From: Nemertoderma westbladi
Lineage: Eukaryota > Animalia > Xenacoelomorpha
Reading direction: 5' to 3'
DNA length: 52,949 nt
Assembly: GCA_032718475.1 (NCBI GenBank)
Contig: JAUCBJ010001829.1
Location: 1 to 52,949, forward strand
The notes below the pieces were generated by a model. It ran no database searches and had not been told where the DNA came from. It saw only the letters and a program-made list of their open reading frames with translations. Shown piece by piece: positions 18,843-29,989 of the stretch (position 1 is its first letter; the number at the start of each line of letters is the position of its first letter). Position numbers and translations under genes: made by a program.

Positions 18843-20295
18843 GAGAGGATTAGCGATATTCGAAGGAGTATATCGACAGAACATCGGAGATTTGGGAGAC
18901 CGACCGTCGATGGAATATCCGACGCCAGAAGCCTTGGAGAAGTGGTTCGGGAATCAAACCCGCGGGTTTGGTACTCCCTTCCACTCGGAGGCTGATAGAC
19001 CCGTTAAGGAGGGTTGGCCGGAGACGTTAGTAGAGGTGTTCGGAGTAGATCTTCCGGTGGAGAAGACATATCCGAAACGAACGCGGGAGGAAATATTGGA
19101 GATAGAGGACAAGGGCGAGGATGTTTACTTTGTTCCGGATCGACAACCGCTGACCGGAGAGGACGACATCGTATTAGACATTGGGAAAGAAGGAAGTGCG
19201 AAACCGATTGGAGACCTCATATACGAGAGGGCCTGGTTTCCACAAGCGCGTAGGTGTAAGTTGTGCGGCAGCACAAGGCACAATCAAAAGTCGTGCGACG
19301 CGGTAGTAGAGGCGGCGCATAAGGTCTGCCGTTGGTGTAGTGAGACCGACCATTCGTTTCACACGTGCACCGTCTTCGTTTCTCAATGCGGATATTGTGG
19401 GGTAAAGGGACATCGCAGCGCGAGATGTCAGCTGCGAGATGATTCCTTCCAAAACCATAGCGCTAACCTACTTCGGGAGATGTTAGATAAGTGGGAGAGT
19501 GTGGCCGACTACCACATCCAAGCGCAGATGCGTTGGTTACCATTTAAGGCGGGATACGGATTCTGGGCAGTAGACCCATCTCACGTTGCATATGAGCCGT
19601 ATTTACAGTCTTTGTCACAGTATCAAGAGCTCATCCTGACTGCTCAAGACCTTCCACAAAACACTGGAGTTATCGTAGTCCGAGAATACTTCAGACAGTT
19701 AAATATGGATAACAAGTATACTTGGAACTTTGTTGCCATTTGCGACCGGATTACAAAAGGTCTGTTTTCGGAAACTAGAAAAGTGGTACGCGCGCGAGGT
19801 GATTGGAGGATGGCGGCTATACAATACCGCAACGAATTCTTGTTGACTCATGTACCAGTGGGGTCATTGACCACTGAGAGGATACAGGAACAGAGAATCG
19901 CAGCGACCACAGCGACAACCACTGGAGCTCAAGGCTCGCGGAGAGAACCAGGAGGAGAGGTCCAAGACAAGCGTCAAGTCAAGGACGACCACTATCACTC
20001 TATTATAGAAGCACAGAGGTTGCAGCGCAAGGCGCAGGGTGCGTTGGAAAAGGCGCGCGTGCAATTGCAGAAGGAAGAGTTGGCGGAAGCGACCATAGGA
20101 GCACAACAATCGGGACGAGGCCAAGGTAGAAGTACCAGCCGGGATTCTGTCGGGGCTCAGGGAACATCGTCGCCGGTTCCGGGGAGTGACGCCTCACGGA
20201 CGCCGTCAACAGAATCTACTAGAGGACGCTTAGTGTATCTGGGAAGAGGGCGAAAGAGGGTAGCGAGCCCAAAGAACCCAGGAGCGGGTCAGTAA
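18715..20295 (+). CDS. Accessory ORF3, part B: three CX2CX4HX4C zinc knuckles, helical region, basic disordered tail
   Basis: CKLCGSTRHNQKSC, CRWCSETDHSFHTC, CGYCGVKGHRSARC at 19255-19428. Frame open from 18715; removing one C near 18720 joins parts A and B into ~1,235 aa. C-terminal GRGRKR is NLS-like. Confidence 0.75.
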   Translation, partial: SCHPLVFGGDQYVRSKGGIQSDVMKLFLTPFFNQSLENTSMVRRGLAIFEGVYRQNIGDLGDRPSMEYPTPEALEKWFGNQTRGFGTPFHSEADRPVKEGWPETLVEVFGVDLPVEKTYPKRTREEILEIEDKGEDVYFVPDRQPLTGEDDIVLDIGKEGSAKPIGDLIYERAWFPQARRCKLCGSTRHNQKSCDAVVEAAHKVCRWCSETDHSFHTCTVFVSQCGYCGVKGHRSARCQLRDDSFQNHSANLLREMLDKWESVADYHIQAQMRWLPFKAGYGFWAVDPSHVAYEPYLQSLSQYQELILTAQDLPQNTGVIVVREYFRQLNMDNKYTWNFVAICDRITKGLFSETRKVVRARGDWRMAAIQYRNEFLLTHVPVGSLTTERIQEQRIAATTATTTGAQGSRREPGGEVQDKRQVKDDHYHSIIEAQRLQRKAQGALEKARVQLQKEELAEATIGAQQSGRGQGRSTSRDSVGAQGTSSPVPGSDASRTPSTESTRGRLVYLGRGRKRVASPKNPGAGQ

Positions 20296-20787
20296 TACAT
20301 TATAGCACAGGGCGACAGACTCTAGATATATACATCATCGTCGCTCTGATGTATATTGTAGCATTTTAGAAATATCCGACTAGACTCATATACACTAGTT
20401 GCGCTGTTTTGAATTTATATTATGAGAGAGGCGAAGGAAGTGATTGGGGAGACAAACCTGCGGGTTTGGCTTACTCCTTTCACTTGCCCTAGCAAATTTT
20501 TTATATTTGATCTTGTATATAGTAATCATTATGTAAGAACGAACGAGAAACAATATTTTGTAAATTTAATTTGTATGTAATAATCGTTAAACAGTGAGAG
20601 AGATAATATTTGTAAATTTAATTTGTATGCAATTCATTATGCAATATCTATAGCAATATTTTGTAAATAGTAGGATTTATAGTATCAAGTATTTAGATTA
20701 TTTGAAAGGAAATTTATTTTGTTTGTATACATCACCTATACTCTTCTACAGTTGGAGGGAAACATTGTATGATTTCCCTTGGAGCGG

Positions 20788-23045
20788 TGTTACGGTATAT
20801 GGCGCTGTACACATTATTAGCCATTATACAGTATAATATATTGGTTCATTATACAGTATAATATATTAGTCCATTATACTGTACGCAATATTAGTCCGTT
20901 ATGCAATATAATTATTTAGATAAGGCATAATAGCGCAGTGACATTTAGATAAGGAAATTGAAACGCCCATATATTTTGAATTCATCCATTTTGTATAGTA
21001 TGTAGCCCTACCTACGTAATTTTGTATTAGGATATAAGTAGATAGTTCCAGGGTAGCAAGTTCAGTTGGACCCTGGATTTTGTGCTTGCTGTTATTAGCT
21101 TCGATAGGGCTAGCATCTAGGGACGCTATCCTAACCATTCCGCAGCCAGGGACATGATCCATTACCATATATGGTAATAATTCGCGGTTAGGAAGCCCTG
21201 AGGTTCACAATCCGGCTTTCTAATTGGACTAACTGTTTCCAGGTTGGTCTAATGTTAGCGCGGACTGGAGAGCCAATAGGAGAGCGATTGCATCACCCTT
21301 ATTGCATCACCCTTCTCGGATCACCTATAAATTGGCGGTTTGCCGGTAGAGCTGTACCTATATCACCCTTCACCTACTTTTAGGAGTACAATTTTGTGCG
21401 TATTTTCTGCATTTCTACCCTTTGATTAATTTTCTTGGAATGATTCGTTAGTGTTATTATTCTTAACTGTGTTTCTCAATCAATCCTATTGATTACTGCT
21501 AATTACAACCGGAACTATGATTTCTACCTCTTTCGTTAATGGTTCTATGTAATTCTTTTCGACGCAATAATCCTACGGGATTTCTGAGACTGTCAGACTT
21601 GTGATTTGCATGCGCCGCTACGGTAGCTATTCAATAAATGGAGGGCTAAGGTGCCAGTAGGCGGTGGGCTCATCGGGGGGTTAGCGACGAAGGGAGTGCG
21701 GAGGATTCAAAGGCGGGCAACGCTGGCGGGGGGTCAACGTTGTGGTCGGGCAATTTGGACTGTAGGTTGGAGACCGCTCGCTGGTACAGTAATTAGGGGG
21801 CTGATGATCCAGGTTTTGTCTCTATTTAGTATTAGGGGGCAGGAATTGGGTTAGTTAGGAAGCCTAGATGTACCCGGGAGGGGCCTGCATACCTTACAGT
21901 AGATTGCGAATTAGTCAATTGCGAATTATTATGTTGCGAATTATATAATTGCAGATTGTATAATTGCAAGTCGTGCTATTGTGATCTGTGATTGCTGACG
22001 CTGATTGGTGTGTTACTGAAGTGTGCCTATGATTACGAATGCTTAGGTAGGCGCCCCTTTCTCTTTGATTGATTTCTATTTCTTAGTTACAACAAATAAT
22101 TACTGATTAGGTCAAAGTAATACGGCATTTTAGGCTATTACTAGCGAAACCTGTTGTGTAATAAATTAGAATTACGCATTCTGGAACTCTTAGTAATTAG
22201 TGCGCTGTTACATATTTGTGACTGTAATTGATTAGTAAAATTAAGAATTAGTACGCAGCATAGCGGAGAGTAGCTAAGGTAATAATTTAGAGTACCGTAA
22301 ACTATTCACGCTGAGCGGTTATTTGCATTAGCGGGCAATAAGCTAGATCGCAGTAGTCAGTACGCAAGACACTAGTAAATTGCTGGCCTAAAGCCAGCTG
22401 CAGGCAAGTTTAGACCCAGAGCGGTATCACCCACGAAAGACATTGTACCGTACCATTATTTGATTATTTTAAATATTCTCGCATTCACACATTCCGTTAG
22501 GGAACCCTCAGTATTCGCGATTAGAAAAGACGTAAGCATTGGCGTATTTCAGTAGTAAAATTAGGCGTAAGAATACTCTGAGTGCAAAGCCCCTCGCACT
22601 CGTCTTAAGTAAGCTTAGGGAGCCGACTCGGGTTTGTTGTTTTGGTTATTCCCGCGTGGCTCATAGATTCGAACAGTTAGCTCTCTATCGAGCGATCGGT
22701 AGAGAAAGGAACAAGCGATTTTGCAGGAGCCGTGTAAATTTAGTAAAATATATTAGCGGACGGCAGATTAGCGCCATCCAACGGTAAGTAGCGGTTTTGT
22801 ATTTAGCAGCCTTTACAATTTAGTAATAGCACGCTCCTGATCCCCTTTACTTAACAGTAGAGCAGTCTTTGTGTCTTATTGGTTAGGCGAGAACTCATTA
22901 GGTTGGCAGAGAAGTATACGGGTATTTGTCTGTTCAACAGTTCTACTGTCAGTATAGGAGTCGCGCTAGTTTAACAGTAGGGTATGTGATTTGCTGTTGC
23001 TTGCAACAGTAAAGAGTGTATTCAGAGTTAGACTATTGTTTAACA
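20788..23045 (+). repeat. 3' LTR (2,258 bp)
   Basis: Copy of 4161-6418. Preceded by a short purine-rich tract GGAGCGG (20781-20787) in the PPT position and followed by TSD AAGGA. Confidence 0.96.
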
Positions 23046-23187
23046 AAGGAGGTGAAACTATCTCTATTTCAAATTCCATGCAATCTCATTAAGATTTGTA
23101 GAAAAATTTGATTAATGACACTATATTCCAGGACATGGTGTACTGAAGCAAATGGGTTATTTGGATGGAATTTGTAGATATAAACTA

Positions 23188-23420
23188 AAGGCCATGATAC
23201 ACCACAGGAGTGGCGAGCGGCAGCGGCGGGCGGCCGCGGCAAGCGGCCGATGTGAGCAGCGACTTTTAGTATGATATACTATAGGAGCGGCGAGCGGCAG
23301 CAGCCATTTGTGGTGTATCATCACCTATAGAAAATAATGTGTTCTATTTTTAAAAAAGTGGCCGCTTGCCGCGGCTGCTCGCCGCTGCCGCTCGCCGCTC
23401 CTGTGGTGTATCATGGCCTT
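23188..23420. mobile_element. Small palindromic MITE (PIF/Harbinger-like termini, tentative)
   Basis: AAGGCCATGATACACCACAGGAGTGGCGAGCGGCAGCGGCG at the left end matches the right end in inverted orientation over about 40 bp with 1 mismatch; TA/TWA flanks. Confidence 0.75.
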
Positions 23421-23869
23421 TAAACACAAAAACTACGAAATGATCTACTAATATGCTTAAAATACTAAAAAGGTTGAAATAAAAATGAAATCTCACTGTA
23501 GTAAAGGTGATACAATTATTCTGGAATTCAGAAAAAAATGTCGCAATTTTCATGGGTGATTTTATGTTTTACACAGTAGCTACTAATTGTATATTTATTA
23601 AATTATGAAGTATTTAATTAATAATTAACATTAATATAATAAATTATTTAATAGCTAACTTGCATGCACTATGTAGAGCACTTAGGAATCCATGGATTGC
23701 ACTTATGCAATCCATTGTTCCGATTCCCTGTTAACCATGATATGTTGATGAATTCGCAGATATGCTGCCAGTATAACATCACAAGCCGAGGCTGCTGTAC
23801 TTCAGGTAAGTGCCTGTGTACCAGGGCTGAGTTTCATGCCTCTGATGCTCACTATACACCATTGGTCTG

Positions 23870-24365
23870 TGATGAAAAAATTTTGACAGTGAACCTTGAC
23901 AGCCCTTAACAAATGTCTGATTGTAAGGGGATCAGCTCCAGGAATGGCTAGTTTGAAGATGACATCTGCTACTTGGGGTCATGGATCCGGAAGTGTGGTG
24001 AAGACCTTATATGTGATTTGGACGGATATGTGAGGGGTCCCATAGAATAAAATGAAAATCTGTGGATGGCACTTTCATAAGAATGCTGTGCTGTGCTGGG
24101 TTCATTGTTTCGAGTTCAAATCCACACATCTCCAACTAGACACTATATAATAGCATGCCTGAATGGTTACATTAGGTGCTAGTCATGAAATTCTTTTCAC
24201 TGTTAAAGAGTTTGAGTTCCTTGTGTCAAATACAATGAACACATCCCCAATCAATATCCCCTAGCTTGACACTTGAAAGCATGACACTTCCGCTTTGCGG
24301 GATATAATTGCTTGGACCAGCCAGTGCATAATCTTGAGATTTGGCAGCCACATGGAGTGAGTGTA
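23870..24365 (+). pseudogene. Old degenerate fragment of the same RTE LINE family as 46930-48504
   Basis: Collinear diverged matches to 47800-48315 (e.g. GGATCCGGAAGT..GGTGAAGACCTT, GGATGGCACTTTCATAAGAATGCT, GGACCAGCCAGTGCATAATCTTG). Confidence 0.7.
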
Positions 24366-24510
24366 CAATCATGGTGGGTACCGATGACTTTCTCAAATGT
24401 GTTTGTTTGTGTTTTTATGTGTTTGTATACACACAACTGCTTGAAACTTAATGTTGATGGAATTGGATGAAACTTTGATGATAGGTTCATTATCGGACCT
24501 AGTTGTGTAT

Positions 24511-25416
24511 TAAATCGAATCAGGGATCCCATTGAGAGATTGCTCCGTGGAAATCAGAATGGGTTCCATAAAGGTCGTGGGACCATGGAGCCCATTTTGG
24601 CACTTAGAAGGATAATTGAAGAGTTATCAACAAAGAAAGACAGGCATCTGGCTGTTATCTTTGTTGACTCCTTCAAGGCCTTTGATTCAGTCTCTCGCTC
24701 ACGTATGTTCAGCATACTTTCATTATATGGGATTCCTGATGAAATTATTGCAGCAATCAGATCAGTATACGATGGTTCGACCAAATTTGTGTCTACTGTT
24801 GACGATGACACAGAACCATTTGAAGTGTTATGGGGCGTCCTCCAAGGAGACACACTTGCACCATTCTTGTTCATTATTGTGGTTGATTATGTTCTACGCA
24901 TGTCCTTATATCATCATATGATGATGGGGTGATGATAAATCCACCTACTGGCTCCAGAAGTCGAGGATATCCTGCCAAGTACCTAACTGATCTAGACTTT
25001 GCTGATGACTTAGGAGTACTCTCAGAATCACTAGAGGGAGCCCAACGGCTCCTCAGCTCATTAGAACATGCTGCTTCTAGTGTTGGTCTTTTTATTAACT
25101 CATCTGGTGTCTCATTGGTTCCCCCAAGCTTGACACTAGAACAAAATCGCCTCCACTTTGAAGGACATTGCTTTCGCCATGAGGACCAGCCAGTGCATAA
25201 TCTATTACTTTGGCAGCCTCATGGAGTGAATAAGCATGGTGGACAGCCCATGACTTTCTTGAGACGCATCTTAAAGGACACTGGCCTTGAAGATGCGGAT
25301 GATCTAGCAAATGTCATGGGTGATAGGGAGTTGTGGCGGCGCAATTTTGTCGACAAGCCGGCACAGCATTCTTAAAAATGTGCTGCAATGCAGCATGCCG
25401 ATCCTAGTAGTAGTAG
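24511..25416 (+). mobile_element. 5'-truncated, internally deleted RTE-clade LINE
   Basis: RT motifs QNGF..GR, F.D..KAFDS, GVLQGDTLAPFLF, LDFADD. (TAG)n tail; TSD TAGTTGTGTAT (24500-24510 and 25417-25427). Lacks about 400 bp present at ~47787-48192. Confidence 0.9.
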
Positions 25417-26869
25417 TAGTTGTGTATGGAAGGTTTTGGTATGAGGAACCTGTTGGTTACCTAACAACAGTGAAATTAAATATAGAATAACTGATCATAA
25501 TCATAGAATTCACTCAATCAAAATTATGTTGACACCTCATAGGGAGCATATATTGGACATGGTTTCTGCAGTTACGCTTTCGGCAATTACAGTTTATTTC
25601 GTTTAGAATTCCAAAAGAAAATACATTGCCACAAACACTGTTTTTTTAAACATACAATATTTATACTATTGAATTTATATACTAAGTAAATGAAATTCGT
25701 GAGTAGTGGCTTGGAACACATTGTTGCTAATGACCATTCCAAGAGGATCATTCCTTAAGAATCCCTTCTGCTGTACCATATTTAGTGTTTGAATGATATG
25801 TTTTTAACTACTCCATACCCATTTTAAACCCGCACACCCCCCCCCCCCCCCCCCCCCCACTTAAGTGCGGTGTGATCCTCTACCCTTTGACGGATATGCC
25901 TACTGTATGTTTGCATTAGCCCCCATGTTTCAGCCCGCATCCTTGACACCGTTAGCGACCTAACAGCTACAGGCAACCCGCCAACTTGCAGACTACTACC
26001 CCACTGCTAGCAACCTGCACACCTGTCTGCATGCAGACTGCCACCCTAGTGTAGTACAATATTACTACCCCCTTCGGTTTACAACCTCCTACAGCATATC
26101 CACTGTTTAAGCGCTAACCTGTTTATCTCTTCGCTTGATTTTACCACAGTAGTACTTAATAACCTATCATTAATCTGTTTTTACTGTACTGCAGCACCAC
26201 CCTTTCATGTGTACATGTTTTTAGATTATGTAGGAGGAGGAGAGGCACAACATCAGAGTCTTATCCAGGTTGATGTTGGAGTGGAAGGGAAGCAGAGTGC
26301 CATCTTATGGGTGCTTAGATGAGAAACAGGTGGTGTGCTGCACACTGATGGGGTTGACACTGCTAATGTGAATGTAAAGGTCAACACTTATTGTGGTCTT
26401 TGCATGATTTATCAATTCCTTAGCAATCACTGCATTCTTCCTGCTTGCTATAGATTTCCATCATCCCTTTCTTTAACCTTTTTCCTTCCTCATTCAACTT
26501 TGCTTCACAATTAATGTATATTTATTTAGTATTTAGTATTTTACAAATAATTAATTAATAATAACATAGCACAATAAATCGACACATGGAGGGGTAACCG
26601 AGTTGTTTAGTACCGATAGTGGTGCCCATTGACCGCAAGTGAAAATAGTGATCTTCAGCGCAAATTGACCTCAAGTGAAATAATGTATAGTTTATTATTT
26701 TGGTCAGAAAACACCGCCACGGTAACCTGCTTCTTTCCCTTAATGTTTTTAATCCAATTAAACTAATTTTTCAAACAAACTAAAATTTATTTTGTGTTTG
26801 TGGTTATTTTGCGCCATTAACTCCTTTAGTAATAAATATATTAGTTCTACATTAATTTTTCTGGGCTCA

Positions 26870-27560
26870 CTAATGGGCATTAATTCCATGATATTGTTAG
26901 GTAGACATGAGAATTTCGATCAAATCTCAACTCTATCATTTAAACGGCAATGGAAAAGAAGATGACTCTCATCATCTACACCTTGGCCCTTGGTGACAGC
27001 TACATAACCGGGTCATCATGTAGCATTGTAGGGCGGTACCATCTCCCTAGCTCAACCCTCAAATGGAGTGAAGTTATTCCCAATCGACTTGGAGCAATAT
27101 GGTGTTGCTTTGGAATGTAATTCGAACTATCAGTTCTGGGTTGAATTTCATATAGGTGGTTGCCCTTGTTGAGGTCATGGACCTCACCTCTCTGATAATA
27201 TCTGATAGGCATCCAAACACAGTTTTCATAATTTCACAATTTTCAGTTCCTGAATGCATTTTTGTCCTCAAATATTTAATGCTTGTATAAAAGGTGTTTC
27301 ATTATACAACATAGCGTTTGCTTTTTTGTAGAAGAAGCATTGATGGTTACTACTACTAGTATCGGCATGCTGCATTGCAGCTGCATTTTTAAGAATGCTG
27401 TGCCGGCTTATTGATGGTTAGCTGCCACATAGACAAGATAAGCTGGGTTTCCCTTCCAATTTCCTACAGATACAGGTTATCCGGAGTCATCTGGGCGGGG
27501 TACACCTAGGAGTTCTTTGATTACTTGTATATAATATATACATTGTATTGATGGTTTTTA
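26870..27560 (-). pseudogene. Degenerate LINE ORF2 C-terminus (boundaries approximate)
   Basis: Minus-strand translation includes SLHLRVELGRWYR and CHQGQGVDDESHLLFHC, the typical LINE C-terminal zinc-knuckle context. Confidence 0.6.
27350..27409 (-). mobile_element. 60-bp extremely 5'-truncated RTE copy
   Basis: Reverse complement of the 3' end of 46930-48504 including the (TAG)n tail; TSD ATTGATGGTTA (27339-27349 and 27410-27420). Confidence 0.88.
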
Positions 27561-28542
27561 GATTATATGTTAGCCATGTTTCTGAGCTGTAAAGTATGGA
27601 TGAGAATAATGCGGCCTTTTCTTTTGCCTATTTTATTTTCAATAAGAAAGGTGTACCAGAGTTTGTTTGTTTTGTTTCATGTATTATTTTGCTTCATACG
27701 GCACGGTTCATCCACGTATCATACACGTATCATTTTGCCAGTTTCCATGATGACTCTATCTGGTTTGTGTCGTGTGAGTGCCATTATGAGCTACGAATGG
27801 ATTTGTCTTTGCACTATGATTTACTAACTTATGGTTATATCCCTGGATTTGTCTTTGCTCTATGACTTACTAACTTATGGTTATATCCCAGTGTTTCATT
27901 GTTGTTATTATGCTTTCCACATATCTGTTCTTATGGTTGATCCAGGGGCTTTTTGGTTTGGACTATTTTGAACCTCTCCCATGATTATTAGGGCACAGAT
28001 GTTAGTTTAGGTCTTCTGTTCGATCCTCTATCATCCCCAAAATCAGGTGCCTTTCCGTATGCCATACTCTATTGTGTTTTAATTTTCCAAATTTACTCTT
28101 GTCAACTTACACTATTTTATTCTCTCCACCAATTTGTCCCCATTTATACCATTTTATGATTGTCTCTTGTGATAATCGCTGTTCTGATGGATTTCTTTGT
28201 CTCTGATGGATTTCTGTGTCTTTCTTTGTCTATTTTAATGCTTCCCTGTCGACATTCTTCATAGGAATCGTTTACTGAGTAAGATATAGTATACTGACTA
28301 TTATTTCTGGAGACAATGTTGCTCATTCGAACCATGTTCTAAGTGCCATGAGTATTGTTTAACCTATAAGGAAACCTTTGCAACAACGATACCATTACAA
28401 TGCCACTTTTTCCTTTTGTTATTGGAGTTAATTTCCTCATATGTAGTAGATCACACAGCTTGTGTTAACGTAGCAACCCCATTTCTTGGGGCTATTCCCT
28501 AGTGGTTGCAGTATCTTTGCAAATAAGATCTATTTTGCGTTT

Positions 28543-28778
28543 CAAAGCAAAGCAAACAATCGGCTGAAGCCGGAAGCGACTCGAAGGCTCCTCTTTTGAT
28601 AGCTGCTACCCGAGGGTAGGGGTGGGCGCTACTTCTATCCCAAGATTTGCTCCCAGTTATTTAACTGGTACTCATTTTATCGATCCCAGTGGATGAAATG
28701 CAGAGTGGACCCTGGCGGGGCTGAACCTATAACCAATATATTGCAGGCCCTGTGCTCAGCCAACTGAGCTAGCCCGCC
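28543..28778 (-). mobile_element. tRNA-derived SINE with a Nin/Deu-like core and LINE-like 3' tail
   Basis: Minus strand: A-box TAGCTCAGTTGG, B-box-like GGTTCAGCCCC, core ACTCTGCATTTCATCC..GATCGATAAAATGAGTACCAG, short (TTTGC)n tail. Confidence 0.75.
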
Positions 28779-29989
28779 ATTCAAGTTATTATTTATTAAT
28801 TTTTATTTATTTATTTATTTATCATGTTATCAGTTATTATTTTTCGTTTAAGTTATTATTATTATTGTTTAGAACTGATTTGAACCGACATGCCAAACAT
28901 TTACCTTACTGTGTTGTACATATTCAAATATGTAGTATTTATTTATTGTTAAATAATATTTTAACTATGAATTTTCACTGTCACATAAGTGTTCAAATAT
29001 GATTAGATATCAATTAATTTATTGTTATTCCCACTACTAGTTCCGCACTCCTCCCCCACTAGTTCAGTACTGCTCTCCACTAGTTCCACACTCCTCCCCA
29101 CTAGCTCTGTGCTCCAGATTCAGAAACAGCCACAAACAGGGGATAAACGTTTTTTTTCGTATAAGATCATGTAATATCCAGTAATAGATCAATAAACACA
29201 TTAGTGGTTCTTGATAGGTTTTTAAATGAATACAGTGTAAATTATGGATAAAACATCTGGGTTGGTTATAGATTTTTTTTACCCTGAATTTAATAACATA
29301 ATCCACAAGACAATGAGTGCCTAGTGAATTCCTATTCTTTAGTAAGAGCAAATCCATTGGCTTGTTAAAGGATGTGCACACGCATTTACGGAAACCGACC
29401 TATATTTATCTGAATACCTTACTAAGGCGACCACATTTTGTAGTACAAGTGCAAACATTTGTACTTTGGATGTAAAATGTATATTTATTATTAGAACTCG
29501 AATTTTCTATCTGGATAATTTGATATTCTGTATGTATGAACAATTTCTGTTAGTATTTTAAAATGGCAGTGATTTTTTATGTCCTTTTATTTGACGTTTT
29601 TGTCCTCCTTTTTTTACGAATTGTGCATAATGACTTTTGTTGTCCTTTTAATGACTTTTATTGTCCTTTTAATGACTTTTTATGTATGTATTTCTTCAAA
29701 CTGTCAGACTGATGATTTCTGGACAGTCAGACAGTTGATTTCAACATGCCTATGCCAAAACATTCCAAATTTGTTGATTTCTGGTCTGTCGGACAGTTGG
29801 TTTCACTATGCCTGTGCCAAAACATTCCATGATTCCATGATTTATAGACTATGAGATAGAATTCCATATGCGCCTGTGGTAAAAGTCTCTAAATCTAATA
29901 GTTTGTGGTTGTTGTCGATAATCGATTACCACATGACGTAGCAAAACACTCATTTTATAGCCAAAAACAATTACCAATTGATGGAAAGA

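Larger units (their letters stand above)
9306..20469 (+). repeat. Dispersed 18-nt palindrome/stem-loop, consensus CCAAACC-YGYG-GGTTTGG, 7 copies inside the BEL element
   Basis: 9306 CCGAACCCGCGGGTTTGG; 11911 TCAGACCCGTGGGTCTGG; 14148 CCAAACCTGCGGGTTTGG; 16238 TCAAACCTGTGGGTTTGG; 17359 CCAAACCCGCGGGTTTGG; 18954 TCAAACCCGCGGGTTTGG; 20452 ACAAACCTGCGGGTTTGG. Confidence 0.92.
4161..23045 (+). mobile_element. Full-length BEL/Pao (Belpaoviridae-type) LTR retrotransposon with an extra 3' accessory gene
   Basis: Direct LTRs with TGTTA...TAACA termini; 5-bp TSD AAGGA (4156-4160 and 23046-23050). Domain order gag-PR-RT-RNaseH-IN with BEL-type motifs (YYLPHH, SLN..L..GPNL, FYMDD, NPADITSRG, PWRGGSWERLVRSVK). 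Confidence 0.96.

Noticed and set aside
16587-20295. ORF3 as an envelope glycoprotein or a second gag
   Set aside because: No signal peptide or transmembrane segment. The knuckles follow an exonuclease-like domain, and the element already has a BEL-type gag.
23690-23811. Exon-like stretch ending in CAG/GTAAGT
   Set aside because: The most protein-like frame has three stops and no recognisable homology.
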